The notes under the pieces: model-generated
Database searches by the model: none
Told to the model about the DNA's origin: nothing
Seen by the model: the letters and a program-made list of their open reading frames with translations, nothing else
Virus genome (UHGV): UHGV-1327195
Reading direction: 5' to 3' (one strand)
DNA from: a virus
Length of the DNA: 6,515 nucleotides
Made by a program: the position numbers and the translations under genes
Shown here: positions 1-6,461 of the stretch, one piece after another
How the letters are laid out: every line of letters starts with the position of its first letter
How positions within the stretch are numbered: the stretch's first letter is position 1

Positions 1-67
1 TGTTGATGAAAGCTGGCTACAGGAAGGCCAGACGCGAATTATTTTTGATGGCGTTCCTATTGGTTAA
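1..67 (+). CDS. lacZ: 3' end of a lacZ-alpha reading frame (5' part outside window). Frame from nt 2 reads VDESWLQEGQTRIIFDGVPIG then TAA at 65..67; the last three codons and the stop come from phage DNA after the junction at 55/56.
   Basis: Translation matches the E. coli beta-galactosidase N-terminal region (...NVDESWLQEGQTRIIFDGV) by recall. Lac-derived DNA ends in GTT at 53..55, half of a GTTAAC (HincII/HpaI) site, then phage sequence CCTATTGG resumes. Confidence 0.8.
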   Translation, partial: VDESWLQEGQTRIIFDGVPIG

Positions 68-192
68 AAAATGAGCTGATTTAACAAAAATTTAATGCGA
101 ATTTTAACAAAATATTAACGTTTACAATTTAAATATTTGCTTATACAATCTTCCTGTTTTTGGGGCTTTTCTGATTATCAACCGGGGTACAT
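56..192 (+). promoter_or_regulatory. Distal part of the Ff intergenic region: AT-rich remnant of plus-strand origin domain B (replication enhancer) followed by the gene II promoter and leader.
   Basis: AT-rich non-coding DNA directly upstream of the gene II ATG. Together with 6093..6460 it adds up to the 505-nt intergenic region expected for Ff phage (recalled figure). Confidence 0.75.
121..149 (+). promoter_or_regulatory. Putative sigma70 promoter for gene II: -35 TTTACA (121..126), 17-bp spacer, -10 TACAAT (144..149). The resulting short leader is where gene V protein is known to repress gene II translation.
   Basis: Hexamers and spacing read directly from the sequence; location fits the known gene II promoter region. 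Exact transcription start not determined. Confidence 0.5.
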
Positions 193-1425
193 ATGATTGA
201 CATGCTAGTTTTACGATTACCGTTCATCGATTCTCTTGTTTGCTCCAGACTCTCAGGCAATGACCTGATAGCCTTTGTAGATCTCTCAAAAATAGCTACC
301 CTCTCCGGCATTAATTTATCAGCTAGAACGGTTGAATATCATATTGATGGTGATTTGACTGTCTCCGGCCTTTCTCACCCTTTTGAATCTTTACCTACAC
401 ATTACTCAGGCATTGCATTTAAAATATATGAGGGTTCTAAAAATTTTTATCCTTGCGTTGAAATAAAGGCTTCTCCCGCAAAAGTATTACAGGGTCATAA
501 TGTTTTTGGTACAACCGATTTAGCTTTATGCTCTGAGGCTTTATTGCTTAATTTTGCTAATTCTTTGCCTTGCCTGTATGATTTATTGGATGTTAATGCT
601 ACTACTATTAGTAGAATTGATGCCACCTTTTCAGCTCGCGCCCCAAATGAAAATATAGCTAAACAGGTTATTGACCATTTGCGAAATGTATCTAATGGTC
701 AAACTAAATCTACTCGTTCGCAGAATTGGGAATCAACTGTTATATGGAATGAAACTTCCAGACACCGTACTTTAGTTGCATATTTAAAACATGTTGAGCT
801 ACAGCATTATATTCAGCAATTAAGCTCTAAGCCATCCGCAAAAATGACCTCTTATCAAAAGGAGCAATTAAAGGTACTCTCTAATCCTGACCTGTTGGAG
901 TTTGCTTCCGGTCTGGTTCGCTTTGAAGCTCGAATTAAAACGCGATATTTGAAGTCTTTCGGGCTTCCTCTTAATCTTTTTGATGCAATCCGCTTTGCTT
1001 CTGACTATAATAGTCAGGGTAAAGACCTGATTTTTGATTTATGGTCATTCTCGTTTTCTGAACTGTTTAAAGCATTTGAGGGGGATTCAATGAATATTTA
1101 TGACGATTCCGCAGTATTGGACGCTATCCAGTCTAAACATTTTACTATTACCCCCTCTGGCAAAACTTCTTTTGCAAAAGCCTCTCGCTATTTTGGTTTT
1201 TATCGTCGTCTGGTAAACGAGGGTTATGATAGTGTTGCTCTTACTATGCCTCGTAATTCCTTTTGGCGTTATGTATCTGCATTAGTTGAATGTGGTATTC
1301 CTAAATCTCAACTGATGAATCTTTCTACCTGTAATAATGTTGTTCCGTTAGTTCGTTTTATTAACGTAGATTTTTCTTCCCAACGTCCTGACTGGTATAA
1401 TGAGCCAGTTCTTAAAATCGCATAA
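193..1425 (+). CDS. II: Gene II protein (pII), 410 aa: site-specific nicking endonuclease that initiates rolling-circle plus-strand replication.
   Basis: ORF 193..1425 with ATG start; translation recognised as Ff pII. It sits immediately downstream of the intergenic region as in M13, f1 and fd. Confidence 0.97.
   Translation: MIDMLVLRLPFIDSLVCSRLSGNDLIAFVDLSKIATLSGINLSARTVEYHIDGDLTVSGLSHPFESLPTHYSGIAFKIYEGSKNFYPCVEIKASPAKVLQGHNVFGTTDLALCSEALLLNFANSLPCLYDLLDVNATTISRIDATFSARAPNENIAKQVIDHLRNVSNGQTKSTRSQNWESTVIWNETSRHRTLVAYLKHVELQHYIQQLSSKPSAKMTSYQKEQLKVLSNPDLLEFASGLVRFEARIKTRYLKSFGLPLNLFDAIRFASDYNSQGKDLIFDLWSFSFSELFKAFEGDSMNIYDDSAVLDAIQSKHFTITPSGKTSFAKASRYFGFYRRLVNEGYDSVALTMPRNSFWRYVSALVECGIPKSQLMNLSTCNNVVPLVRFINVDFSSQRPDWYNEPVLKIA
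1090..1425 (+). CDS. X: Gene X protein (pX), 111 aa, translated from an in-frame internal ATG of gene II (pII codon 300); replication regulator identical to the pII C-terminus.
   Basis: In-frame ATG at 1090..1092 (MNIYDDSAVLDAIQ...), sharing the gene II stop. (1090-193)/3 = 299, so it begins at pII residue 300 and gives 111 aa, as known for Ff phage. Confidence 0.9.
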   Translation: MNIYDDSAVLDAIQSKHFTITPSGKTSFAKASRYFGFYRRLVNEGYDSVALTMPRNSFWRYVSALVECGIPKSQLMNLSTCNNVVPLVRFINVDFSSQRPDWYNEPVLKIA

Positions 1426-1436
1426 GGTAATTCACA

Positions 1437-1700
1437 ATGATTAAAGTTGAAATTAAACCATCTCAAGCCCAATTTACTACTCGTTCTGGTGTTTCTCGTC
1501 AGGGCAAGCCTTATTCACTGAATGAGCAGCTTTGTTACGTTGATTTGGGTAATGAATATCCGGTTCTTGTCAAGATTACTCTTGATGAAGGTCAGCCAGC
1601 CTATGCGCCTGGTCTGTACACCGTTCATCTGTCCTCTTTCAAAGTTGGTCAGTTCGGTTCCCTTATGATTGACCGTCTGCGCCTCGTTCCGGCTAAGTAA
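1437..1700 (+). CDS. V: Gene V protein (pV), 87 aa: single-stranded DNA-binding protein that also represses gene II translation.
   Basis: ORF 1437..1700, translation MIKVEIKPSQAQFTTRSGVSRQGKPYSLNEQLCYVDLGNEYPVLVKITLDEGQPAYAPGLYTVHLSSFKVGQFGSLMIDRLRLVPAK recognised as Ff pV. AAGG ribosome-binding site about 10 nt upstream. Confidence 0.97.
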   Translation: MIKVEIKPSQAQFTTRSGVSRQGKPYSLNEQLCYVDLGNEYPVLVKITLDEGQPAYAPGLYTVHLSSFKVGQFGSLMIDRLRLVPAK

Positions 1701-1701
1701 C

Positions 1702-1803
1702 ATGGAGCAGGTCGCGGATTTCGACACAATTTATCAGGCGATGATACAAATCTCCGTTGTACTTTGTTTCGCGCTTGGTATAATCGCTGGGGGTCAAAGA
1801 TGA
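1702..1803 (+). CDS. VII: Gene VII protein (pVII), 33 aa: minor coat protein at the virion tip that emerges first.
   Basis: ATG at 1702, one nt after the gene V stop; translation MEQVADFDTIYQAMIQISVVLCFALGIIAGGQR; TGA at 1801..1803. Below the length cut-off of the ORF track. Confidence 0.9.
   Translation: MEQVADFDTIYQAMIQISVVLCFALGIIAGGQR
1757..1784 (+). promoter_or_regulatory. Putative sigma70 promoter inside gene VII: -35 TTGTAC (1757..1762), 16-bp spacer, -10 TATAAT (1779..1784); would drive gene IX and gene VIII transcripts.
   Basis: Consensus -10 and near-consensus -35 read from the sequence. Ff phage are known to have internal promoters feeding the abundant gene VIII message; the exact assignment is not verified. 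Confidence 0.45.
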
Positions 1804-1898
1804 GTGTTTTAGTGTATTCTTTTGCCTCTTTCGTTTTAGGTTGGTGCCTTCGTAGTGGCATTACGTATTTTACCCGTTTAATGGAAACTTCCTCATGA
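1800..1898 (+). CDS. IX: Gene IX protein (pIX), 32 aa: minor coat protein at the same virion tip as pVII.
   Basis: ATG at 1800..1802 overlaps the gene VII TGA (ATGA); translation MSVLVYSFASFVLGWCLRSGITYFTRLMETSS; stop TGA 1896..1898 overlaps the gene VIII ATG. Confidence 0.9.
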   Translation: MSVLVYSFASFVLGWCLRSGITYFTRLMETSS

Positions 1899-2116
1899 AA
1901 AAGTCTTTAGTCCTCAAAGCCTCTGTAGCCGTTGCTACCCTCGTTCCGATGCTGTCTTTCGCTGCTGAGGGTGACGATCCCGCAAAAGCGGCCTTTAACT
2001 CCCTGCAAGCCTCAGCGACCGAATATATCGGTTATGCGTGGGCGATGGTTGTTGTCATTGTCGGCGCAACTATCGGTATCAAGCTGTTTAAGAAATTCAC
2101 CTCGAAAGCAAGCTGA
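1895..2116 (+). CDS. VIII: Gene VIII major coat protein precursor (pVIII), 73 aa: 23-aa signal peptide (MKKSLVLKASVAVATLVPMLSFA) plus 50-aa mature coat protein AEGDDPAKAAFNSLQ...
   Basis: ORF 1895..2116; translation recognised. The mature protein has Asn at position 12, the residue recalled as distinguishing M13 from fd/f1 (Asp). Confidence 0.97.
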   Translation: MKKSLVLKASVAVATLVPMLSFAAEGDDPAKAAFNSLQASATEYIGYAWAMVVVIVGATIGIKLFKKFTSKAS

Positions 2117-2131
2117 TAAACCGATACAATT

Positions 2132-2157
2132 AAAGGCTCCTTTTGGAGCCTTTTTTT
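2132..2157 (+). terminator. Rho-independent terminator after gene VIII: stem AAAGGCTCC / GGAGCCTTT with a TTTT loop, followed by a T-run.
   Basis: Perfect inverted repeat 2132..2140 / 2145..2153 and a run of 7 T at 2151..2157, read directly; position matches the known central terminator of Ff phage. Confidence 0.85.
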
Positions 2158-2170
2158 GGAGATTTTCAAC

Positions 2171-3445
2171 GTGAAAAAATTATTATTCGCAATTCCTTTA
2201 GTTGTTCCTTTCTATTCTCACTCCGCTGAAACTGTTGAAAGTTGTTTAGCAAAATCCCATACAGAAAATTCATTTACTAACGTCTGGAAAGACGACAAAA
2301 CTTTAGATCGTTACGCTAACTATGAGGGCTGTCTGTGGAATGCTACAGGCGTTGTAGTTTGTACTGGTGACGAAACTCAGTGTTACGGTACATGGGTTCC
2401 TATTGGGCTTGCTATCCCTGAAAATGAGGGTGGTGGCTCTGAGGGTGGCGGTTCTGAGGGTGGCGGTTCTGAGGGTGGCGGTACTAAACCTCCTGAGTAC
2501 GGTGATACACCTATTCCGGGCTATACTTATATCAACCCTCTCGACGGCACTTATCCGCCTGGTACTGAGCAAAACCCCGCTAATCCTAATCCTTCTCTTG
2601 AGGAGTCTCAGCCTCTTAATACTTTCATGTTTCAGAATAATAGGTTCCGAAATAGGCAGGGGGCATTAACTGTTTATACGGGCACTGTTACTCAAGGCAC
2701 TGACCCCGTTAAAACTTATTACCAGTACACTCCTGTATCATCAAAAGCCATGTATGACGCTTACTGGAACGGTAAATTCAGAGACTGCGCTTTCCATTCT
2801 GGCTTTAATGAGGATTTATTTGTTTGTGAATATCAAGGCCAATCGTCTGACCTGCCTCAACCTCCTGTCAATGCTGGCGGCGGCTCTGGTGGTGGTTCTG
2901 GTGGCGGCTCTGAGGGTGGTGGCTCTGAGGGTGGCGGTTCTGAGGGTGGCGGCTCTGAGGGAGGCGGTTCCGGTGGTGGCTCTGGTTCCGGTGATTTTGA
3001 TTATGAAAAGATGGCAAACGCTAATAAGGGGGCTATGACCGAAAATGCCGATGAAAACGCGCTACAGTCTGACGCTAAAGGCAAACTTGATTCTGTCGCT
3101 ACTGATTACGGTGCTGCTATCGATGGTTTCATTGGTGACGTTTCCGGCCTTGCTAATGGTAATGGTGCTACTGGTGATTTTGCTGGCTCTAATTCCCAAA
3201 TGGCTCAAGTCGGTGACGGTGATAATTCACCTTTAATGAATAATTTCCGTCAATATTTACCTTCCCTCCCTCAATCGGTTGAATGTCGCCCTTTTGTCTT
3301 TGGCGCTGGTAAACCATATGAATTTTCTATTGATTGTGACAAAATAAACTTATTCCGTGGTGTCTTTGCGTTTCTTTTATATGTTGCCACCTTTATGTAT
3401 GTATTTTCTACGTTTGCTAACATACTGCGTAATAAGGAGTCTTAA
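2171..3445 (+). CDS. III: Gene III protein (pIII), 424 aa including an 18-aa signal peptide: minor coat and adsorption protein with N1 (TolA-binding) and N2 (F-pilus-binding) domains, two Gly/Ser linkers and a C-terminal anchor domain. Starts at GTG.
   Basis: Translation from GTG 2171 ([28 protein letters not shown]...) recognised as Ff pIII; GGAG ribosome-binding site at 2158..2161. The ORF-track start at 2156 is a TTG 15 nt upstream and is not the real start. Confidence 0.95.
   Translation: MKKLLFAIPLVVPFYSHSAETVESCLAKSHTENSFTNVWKDDKTLDRYANYEGCLWNATGVVVCTGDETQCYGTWVPIGLAIPENEGGGSEGGGSEGGGSEGGGTKPPEYGDTPIPGYTYINPLDGTYPPGTEQNPANPNPSLEESQPLNTFMFQNNRFRNRQGALTVYTGTVTQGTDPVKTYYQYTPVSSKAMYDAYWNGKFRDCAFHSGFNEDLFVCEYQGQSSDLPQPPVNAGGGSGGGSGGGSEGGGSEGGGSEGGGSEGGGSGGGSGSGDFDYEKMANANKGAMTENADENALQSDAKGKLDSVATDYGAAIDGFIGDVSGLANGNGATGDFAGSNSQMAQVGDGDNSPLMNNFRQYLPSLPQSVECRPFVFGAGKPYEFSIDCDKINLFRGVFAFLLYVATFMYVFSTFANILRNKES
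2426..2485 (+). repeat. Four tandem 15-bp units (GAGGGTGGYGGYWCT) encoding the EGGGS x3 + EGGGT linker between pIII domains N1 and N2.
   Basis: Direct tandem repeats read from the sequence; they correspond to the first glycine-rich linker of pIII. Confidence 0.9.
2874..2992 (+). repeat. Longer degenerate tandem array encoding the GGGS/EGGGS linker between pIII N2 and the C-terminal domain.
   Basis: Repeated GGTGGYGGYTCT / GAGGGTGGYGGYTCT units read directly; translation [39 protein letters not shown]. Confidence 0.9.
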
Positions 3446-3447
3446 TC

Positions 3448-3786
3448 ATGCCAGTTCTTTTGGGTATTCCGTTATTATTGCGTTTCCTCGGTTTCCTTCT
3501 GGTAACTTTGTTCGGCTATCTGCTTACTTTTCTTAAAAAGGGCTTCGGTAAGATAGCTATTGCTATTTCATTGTTTCTTGCTCTTATTATTGGGCTTAAC
3601 TCAATTCTTGTGGGTTATCTCTCTGATATTAGCGCTCAATTACCCTCTGACTTTGTTCAGGGTGTTCAGTTAATTCTCCCGTCTAATGCGCTTCCCTGTT
3701 TTTATGTTATTCTCTCTGTAAAGGCTGCTATTTTCATTTTTGACGTTAAACAAAAAATCGTTTCTTATTTGGATTGGGATAAATAA
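3448..3786 (+). CDS. VI: Gene VI protein (pVI), 112 aa: hydrophobic minor coat protein at the pIII end of the virion.
   Basis: ORF 3448..3786, AAGGAG ribosome-binding site at 3434..3439; translation recognised as Ff pVI. Confidence 0.95.
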   Translation: MPVLLGIPLLLRFLGFLLVTLFGYLLTFLKKGFGKIAIAISLFLALIIGLNSILVGYLSDISAQLPSDFVQGVQLILPSNALPCFYVILSVKAAIFIFDVKQKIVSYLDWDK

Positions 3787-3787
3787 T

Positions 3788-4834
3788 ATGGCTGTTTATT
3801 TTGTAACTGGCAAATTAGGCTCTGGAAAGACGCTCGTTAGCGTTGGTAAGATTCAGGATAAAATTGTAGCTGGGTGCAAAATAGCAACTAATCTTGATTT
3901 AAGGCTTCAAAACCTCCCGCAAGTCGGGAGGTTCGCTAAAACGCCTCGCGTTCTTAGAATACCGGATAAGCCTTCTATATCTGATTTGCTTGCTATTGGG
4001 CGCGGTAATGATTCCTACGATGAAAATAAAAACGGCTTGCTTGTTCTCGATGAGTGCGGTACTTGGTTTAATACCCGTTCTTGGAATGATAAGGAAAGAC
4101 AGCCGATTATTGATTGGTTTCTACATGCTCGTAAATTAGGATGGGATATTATTTTTCTTGTTCAGGACTTATCTATTGTTGATAAACAGGCGCGTTCTGC
4201 ATTAGCTGAACATGTTGTTTATTGTCGTCGTCTGGACAGAATTACTTTACCTTTTGTCGGTACTTTATATTCTCTTATTACTGGCTCGAAAATGCCTCTG
4301 CCTAAATTACATGTTGGCGTTGTTAAATATGGCGATTCTCAATTAAGCCCTACTGTTGAGCGTTGGCTTTATACTGGTAAGAATTTGTATAACGCATATG
4401 ATACTAAACAGGCTTTTTCTAGTAATTATGATTCCGGTGTTTATTCTTATTTAACGCCTTATTTATCACACGGTCGGTATTTCAAACCATTAAATTTAGG
4501 TCAGAAGATGAAATTAACTAAAATATATTTGAAAAAGTTTTCTCGCGTTCTTTGTCTTGCGATTGGATTTGCATCAGCATTTACATATAGTTATATAACC
4601 CAACCTAAGCCGGAGGTTAAAAAGGTAGTCTCTCAGACCTATGATTTTGATAAATTCACTATTGACTCTTCTCAGCGTCTTAATCTAAGCTATCGCTATG
4701 TTTTCAAGGATTCTAAGGGAAAATTAATTAATAGCGACGATTTACAGAAGCAAGGTTATTCACTCACATATATTGATTTATGTACTGTTTCCATTAAAAA
4801 AGGTAATTCAAATGAAATTGTTAAATGTAATTAA
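3788..4834 (+). CDS. I: Gene I protein (pI), 348 aa: inner-membrane assembly ATPase with Walker A motif GKLGSGKT at residues 8..15 (nt 3809..3832).
   Basis: True start ATG 3788 (MAVYFVTGKLGSGKTLVS...), 2 nt after the gene VI stop. The ORF-track start at 3740 is an upstream in-frame ATG that overlaps gene VI and is not the biological start. Confidence 0.93.
   Translation: MAVYFVTGKLGSGKTLVSVGKIQDKIVAGCKIATNLDLRLQNLPQVGRFAKTPRVLRIPDKPSISDLLAIGRGNDSYDENKNGLLVLDECGTWFNTRSWNDKERQPIIDWFLHARKLGWDIIFLVQDLSIVDKQARSALAEHVVYCRRLDRITLPFVGTLYSLITGSKMPLPKLHVGVVKYGDSQLSPTVERWLYTGKNLYNAYDTKQAFSSNYDSGVYSYLTPYLSHGRYFKPLNLGQKMKLTKIYLKKFSRVLCLAIGFASAFTYSYITQPKPEVKKVVSQTYDFDKFTIDSSQRLNLSYRYVFKDSKGKLINSDDLQKQGYSLTYIDLCTVSIKKGNSNEIVKCN
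4508..4834 (+). CDS. XI: Gene XI protein (pXI, also called pI*), 108 aa: in-frame internal initiation at pI codon 241; membrane assembly protein identical to the pI C-terminus.
   Basis: In-frame ATG at 4508..4510 (MKLTKIYLKKFSRVLCLAIGF...); (4508-3788)/3 = 240, and 108 aa to the shared stop, as known for Ff phage. Confidence 0.85.
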   Translation: MKLTKIYLKKFSRVLCLAIGFASAFTYSYITQPKPEVKKVVSQTYDFDKFTIDSSQRLNLSYRYVFKDSKGKLINSDDLQKQGYSLTYIDLCTVSIKKGNSNEIVKCN

Positions 4835-6092
4835 TTTTGTTTTCTTGATGTTTGTTTCATCATCTTCTTTTGCTCAGGTAATTGAAATGAATAATTCGCC
4901 TCTGCGCGATTTTGTAACTTGGTATTCAAAGCAATCAGGCGAATCCGTTATTGTTTCTCCCGATGTAAAAGGTACTGTTACTGTATATTCATCTGACGTT
5001 AAACCTGAAAATCTACGCAATTTCTTTATTTCTGTTTTACGTGCAAATAATTTTGATATGGTAGGTTCTAACCCTTCCATTATTCAGAAGTATAATCCAA
5101 ACAATCAGGATTATATTGATGAATTGCCATCATCTGATAATCAGGAATATGATGATAATTCCGCTCCTTCTGGTGGTTTCTTTGTTCCGCAAAATGATAA
5201 TGTTACTCAAACTTTTAAAATTAATAACGTTCGGGCAAAGGATTTAATACGAGTTGTCGAATTGTTTGTAAAGTCTAATACTTCTAAATCCTCAAATGTA
5301 TTATCTATTGACGGCTCTAATCTATTAGTTGTTAGTGCTCCTAAAGATATTTTAGATAACCTTCCTCAATTCCTTTCAACTGTTGATTTGCCAACTGACC
5401 AGATATTGATTGAGGGTTTGATATTTGAGGTTCAGCAAGGTGATGCTTTAGATTTTTCATTTGCTGCTGGCTCTCAGCGTGGCACTGTTGCAGGCGGTGT
5501 TAATACTGACCGCCTCACCTCTGTTTTATCTTCTGCTGGTGGTTCGTTCGGTATTTTTAATGGCGATGTTTTAGGGCTATCAGTTCGCGCATTAAAGACT
5601 AATAGCCATTCAAAAATATTGTCTGTGCCACGTATTCTTACGCTTTCAGGTCAGAAGGGTTCTATCTCTGTTGGCCAGAATGTCCCTTTTATTACTGGTC
5701 GTGTGACTGGTGAATCTGCCAATGTAAATAATCCATTTCAGACGATTGAGCGTCAAAATGTAGGTATTTCCATGAGCGTTTTTCCTGTTGCAATGGCTGG
5801 CGGTAATATTGTTCTGGATATTACCAGCAAGGCCGATAGTTTGAGTTCTTCTACTCAGGCAAGTGATGTTATTACTAATCAAAGAAGTATTGCTACAACG
5901 GTTAATTTGCGTGATGGACAGACTCTTTTACTCGGTGGCCTCACTGATTATAAAAACACTTCTCAGGATTCTGGCGTACCGTTCCTGTCTAAAATCCCTT
6001 TAATCGGCCTCCTGTTTAGCTCCCGCTCTGATTCTAACGAGGAAAGCACGTTATACGTGCTCGTCAAAGCAACCATAGTACGCGCCCTGTAG
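4812..6092 (+). CDS. IV: Gene IV protein (pIV), 426 aa with a 21-aa signal peptide: outer-membrane secretin forming the phage export channel.
   Basis: True start ATG 4812 (MKLLNVINFVFLMFVSSSSFAQ...), with AAGG ribosome-binding site upstream; overlaps the gene I 3' end by 23 nt in another frame. The ORF-track start at 4773 is an upstream in-frame ATG. Confidence 0.95.
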   Translation: MKLLNVINFVFLMFVSSSSFAQVIEMNNSPLRDFVTWYSKQSGESVIVSPDVKGTVTVYSSDVKPENLRNFFISVLRANNFDMVGSNPSIIQKYNPNNQDYIDELPSSDNQEYDDNSAPSGGFFVPQNDNVTQTFKINNVRAKDLIRVVELFVKSNTSKSSNVLSIDGSNLLVVSAPKDILDNLPQFLSTVDLPTDQILIEGLIFEVQQGDALDFSFAAGSQRGTVAGGVNTDRLTSVLSSAGGSFGIFNGDVLGLSVRALKTNSHSKILSVPRILTLSGQKGSISVGQNVPFITGRVTGESANVNNPFQTIERQNVGISMSVFPVAMAGGNIVLDITSKADSLSSSTQASDVITNQRSIATTVNLRDGQTLLLGGLTDYKNTSQDSGVPFLSKIPLIGLLFSSRSDSNEESTLYVLVKATIVRAL

Positions 6093-6175
6093 CGGCGCAT
6101 TAAGCGCGGCGGGTGTGGTGGTTACGCGCAGCGTGACCGCTACACTTGCCAGCGCCCTAGCGCCCGCTCCTTTCG
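6093..6175 (+). promoter_or_regulatory. Packaging signal hairpin region (hairpin A) at the start of the intergenic region.
   Basis: GC-rich segment with extensive imperfect dyad symmetry (for example GTAGCGG 6089..6095 pairs with CCGCTAC 6137..6143) directly after the gene IV stop; position matches the Ff packaging signal. Boundaries approximate. Confidence 0.7.
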
Positions 6176-6345
6176 CTTTCTTCCCTTCCTTTCTCGCCAC
6201 GTTCGCCGGCTTTCCCCGTCAAGCTCTAAATCGGGGGCTCCCTTTAGGGTTCCGATTTAGTGCTTTACGGCACCTCGACCCCAAAAAACTTGATTTGGGT
6301 GATGGTTCACGTAGTGGGCCATCGCCCTGATAGACGGTTTTTCGC
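6176..6345 (+). promoter_or_regulatory. Minus-strand origin region (hairpins B and C), where host RNA polymerase makes the primer for complementary-strand synthesis.
   Basis: Location between the packaging signal and the plus-strand origin; contains dyad elements such as GGGTGATGG ... CCATCGCCC around 6297..6327. Boundaries approximate and based on the known Ff intergenic layout. Confidence 0.6.
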
Positions 6346-6460
6346 CCTTTGACGTTGGAGTCCACGTTCTTTAATAGTGGACTCTTGTTCCAAACTGGAA
6401 CAACACTCAACCCTATCTCGGGCTATTCTTTTGATTTATAAGGGATTTTGCCGATTTCGG
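6346..6460 (+). promoter_or_regulatory. Plus-strand (viral-strand) origin core: hairpin GAGTCCAC (6358..6365) / GTGGACTC (6377..6384) with the pII nick site in its loop (TTCTTT^AATAGTGG, between 6372 and 6373), a second palindrome TGTTCC-AAACT-GGAACA (6386..6402), and the start of domain B, cut by the vector junction at 6460/6461.
   Basis: Inverted repeats read directly; the nick position is assigned from the recalled pII recognition sequence of f1/M13. Confidence 0.75.
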
Positions 6461-6461
6461 A

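Noticed and set aside
1515-1861. Minus-strand ORFs 1515..1727 and 1649..1861 antisense to genes V, VII and IX.
   Set aside because: Ff phage genes are all on the + (viral) strand; these are antisense artefacts with no start context.
1932-2174. 80-aa + strand ORF overlapping gene VIII in another frame.
   Set aside because: Out-of-frame overlap of the gene VIII coding region and terminator; no ribosome-binding site and no resemblance to any known protein.
2303-2572. Minus-strand ORF antisense to gene III with (TATLR)n repeats.
   Set aside because: Antisense reading of the Gly/Ser linker repeat region; artefact.
2426-2992. Short tandem repeats that might suggest a CRISPR array or other repeat element.
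   Set aside because: They are 15-bp in-frame codon repeats encoding the pIII glycine-rich linkers, with no spacers; not a CRISPR array.
2367-3236. + strand ORFs 2367..2669, 2754..3038 and 3045..3236 inside gene III.
   Set aside because: Alternative-frame readings of gene III; the runs of (RVAVL)n or (LRVAA)n come from reading the Gly/Ser linker DNA repeats out of frame.
2156-3445. ORF-track start of gene III at 2156 (TTG, giving MEIFNVKK...).
   Set aside because: The real start is GTG at 2171 ([18 protein letters not shown] signal peptide), preceded by GGAG at 2158..2161; the 2156 start lies within the terminator T-run and the ribosome-binding site.
3740-4834. ORF-track start of gene I at 3740 (MTLNKKSFLIWIGINN-MAVYF...).
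   Set aside because: This upstream in-frame ATG lies within gene VI coding sequence; the known pI N-terminus is MAVYFVTGKLGSGKT, starting at 3788.
4874-5882. Minus-strand ORFs 4874..5080 and 5646..5882 antisense to gene IV.
   Set aside because: Antisense artefacts inside the pIV secretin gene.
4773-6092. ORF-track start of gene IV at 4773 (MIYVLFPLKKVIQ-MKLLNV...).
   Set aside because: The known pIV begins with the signal peptide MKLLNVINFVFLMFVSSSSFA at ATG 4812, preceded by an AAGG ribosome-binding site; the upstream ATG lies inside gene I.
6115-6410. ORFs 6115..6330 (+) and 6219..6410 (-) in the intergenic region.
   Set aside because: They lie within the packaging signal and replication origins, which are structured non-coding DNA in Ff phage; ORFs here are chance readings of GC-rich hairpin sequence.
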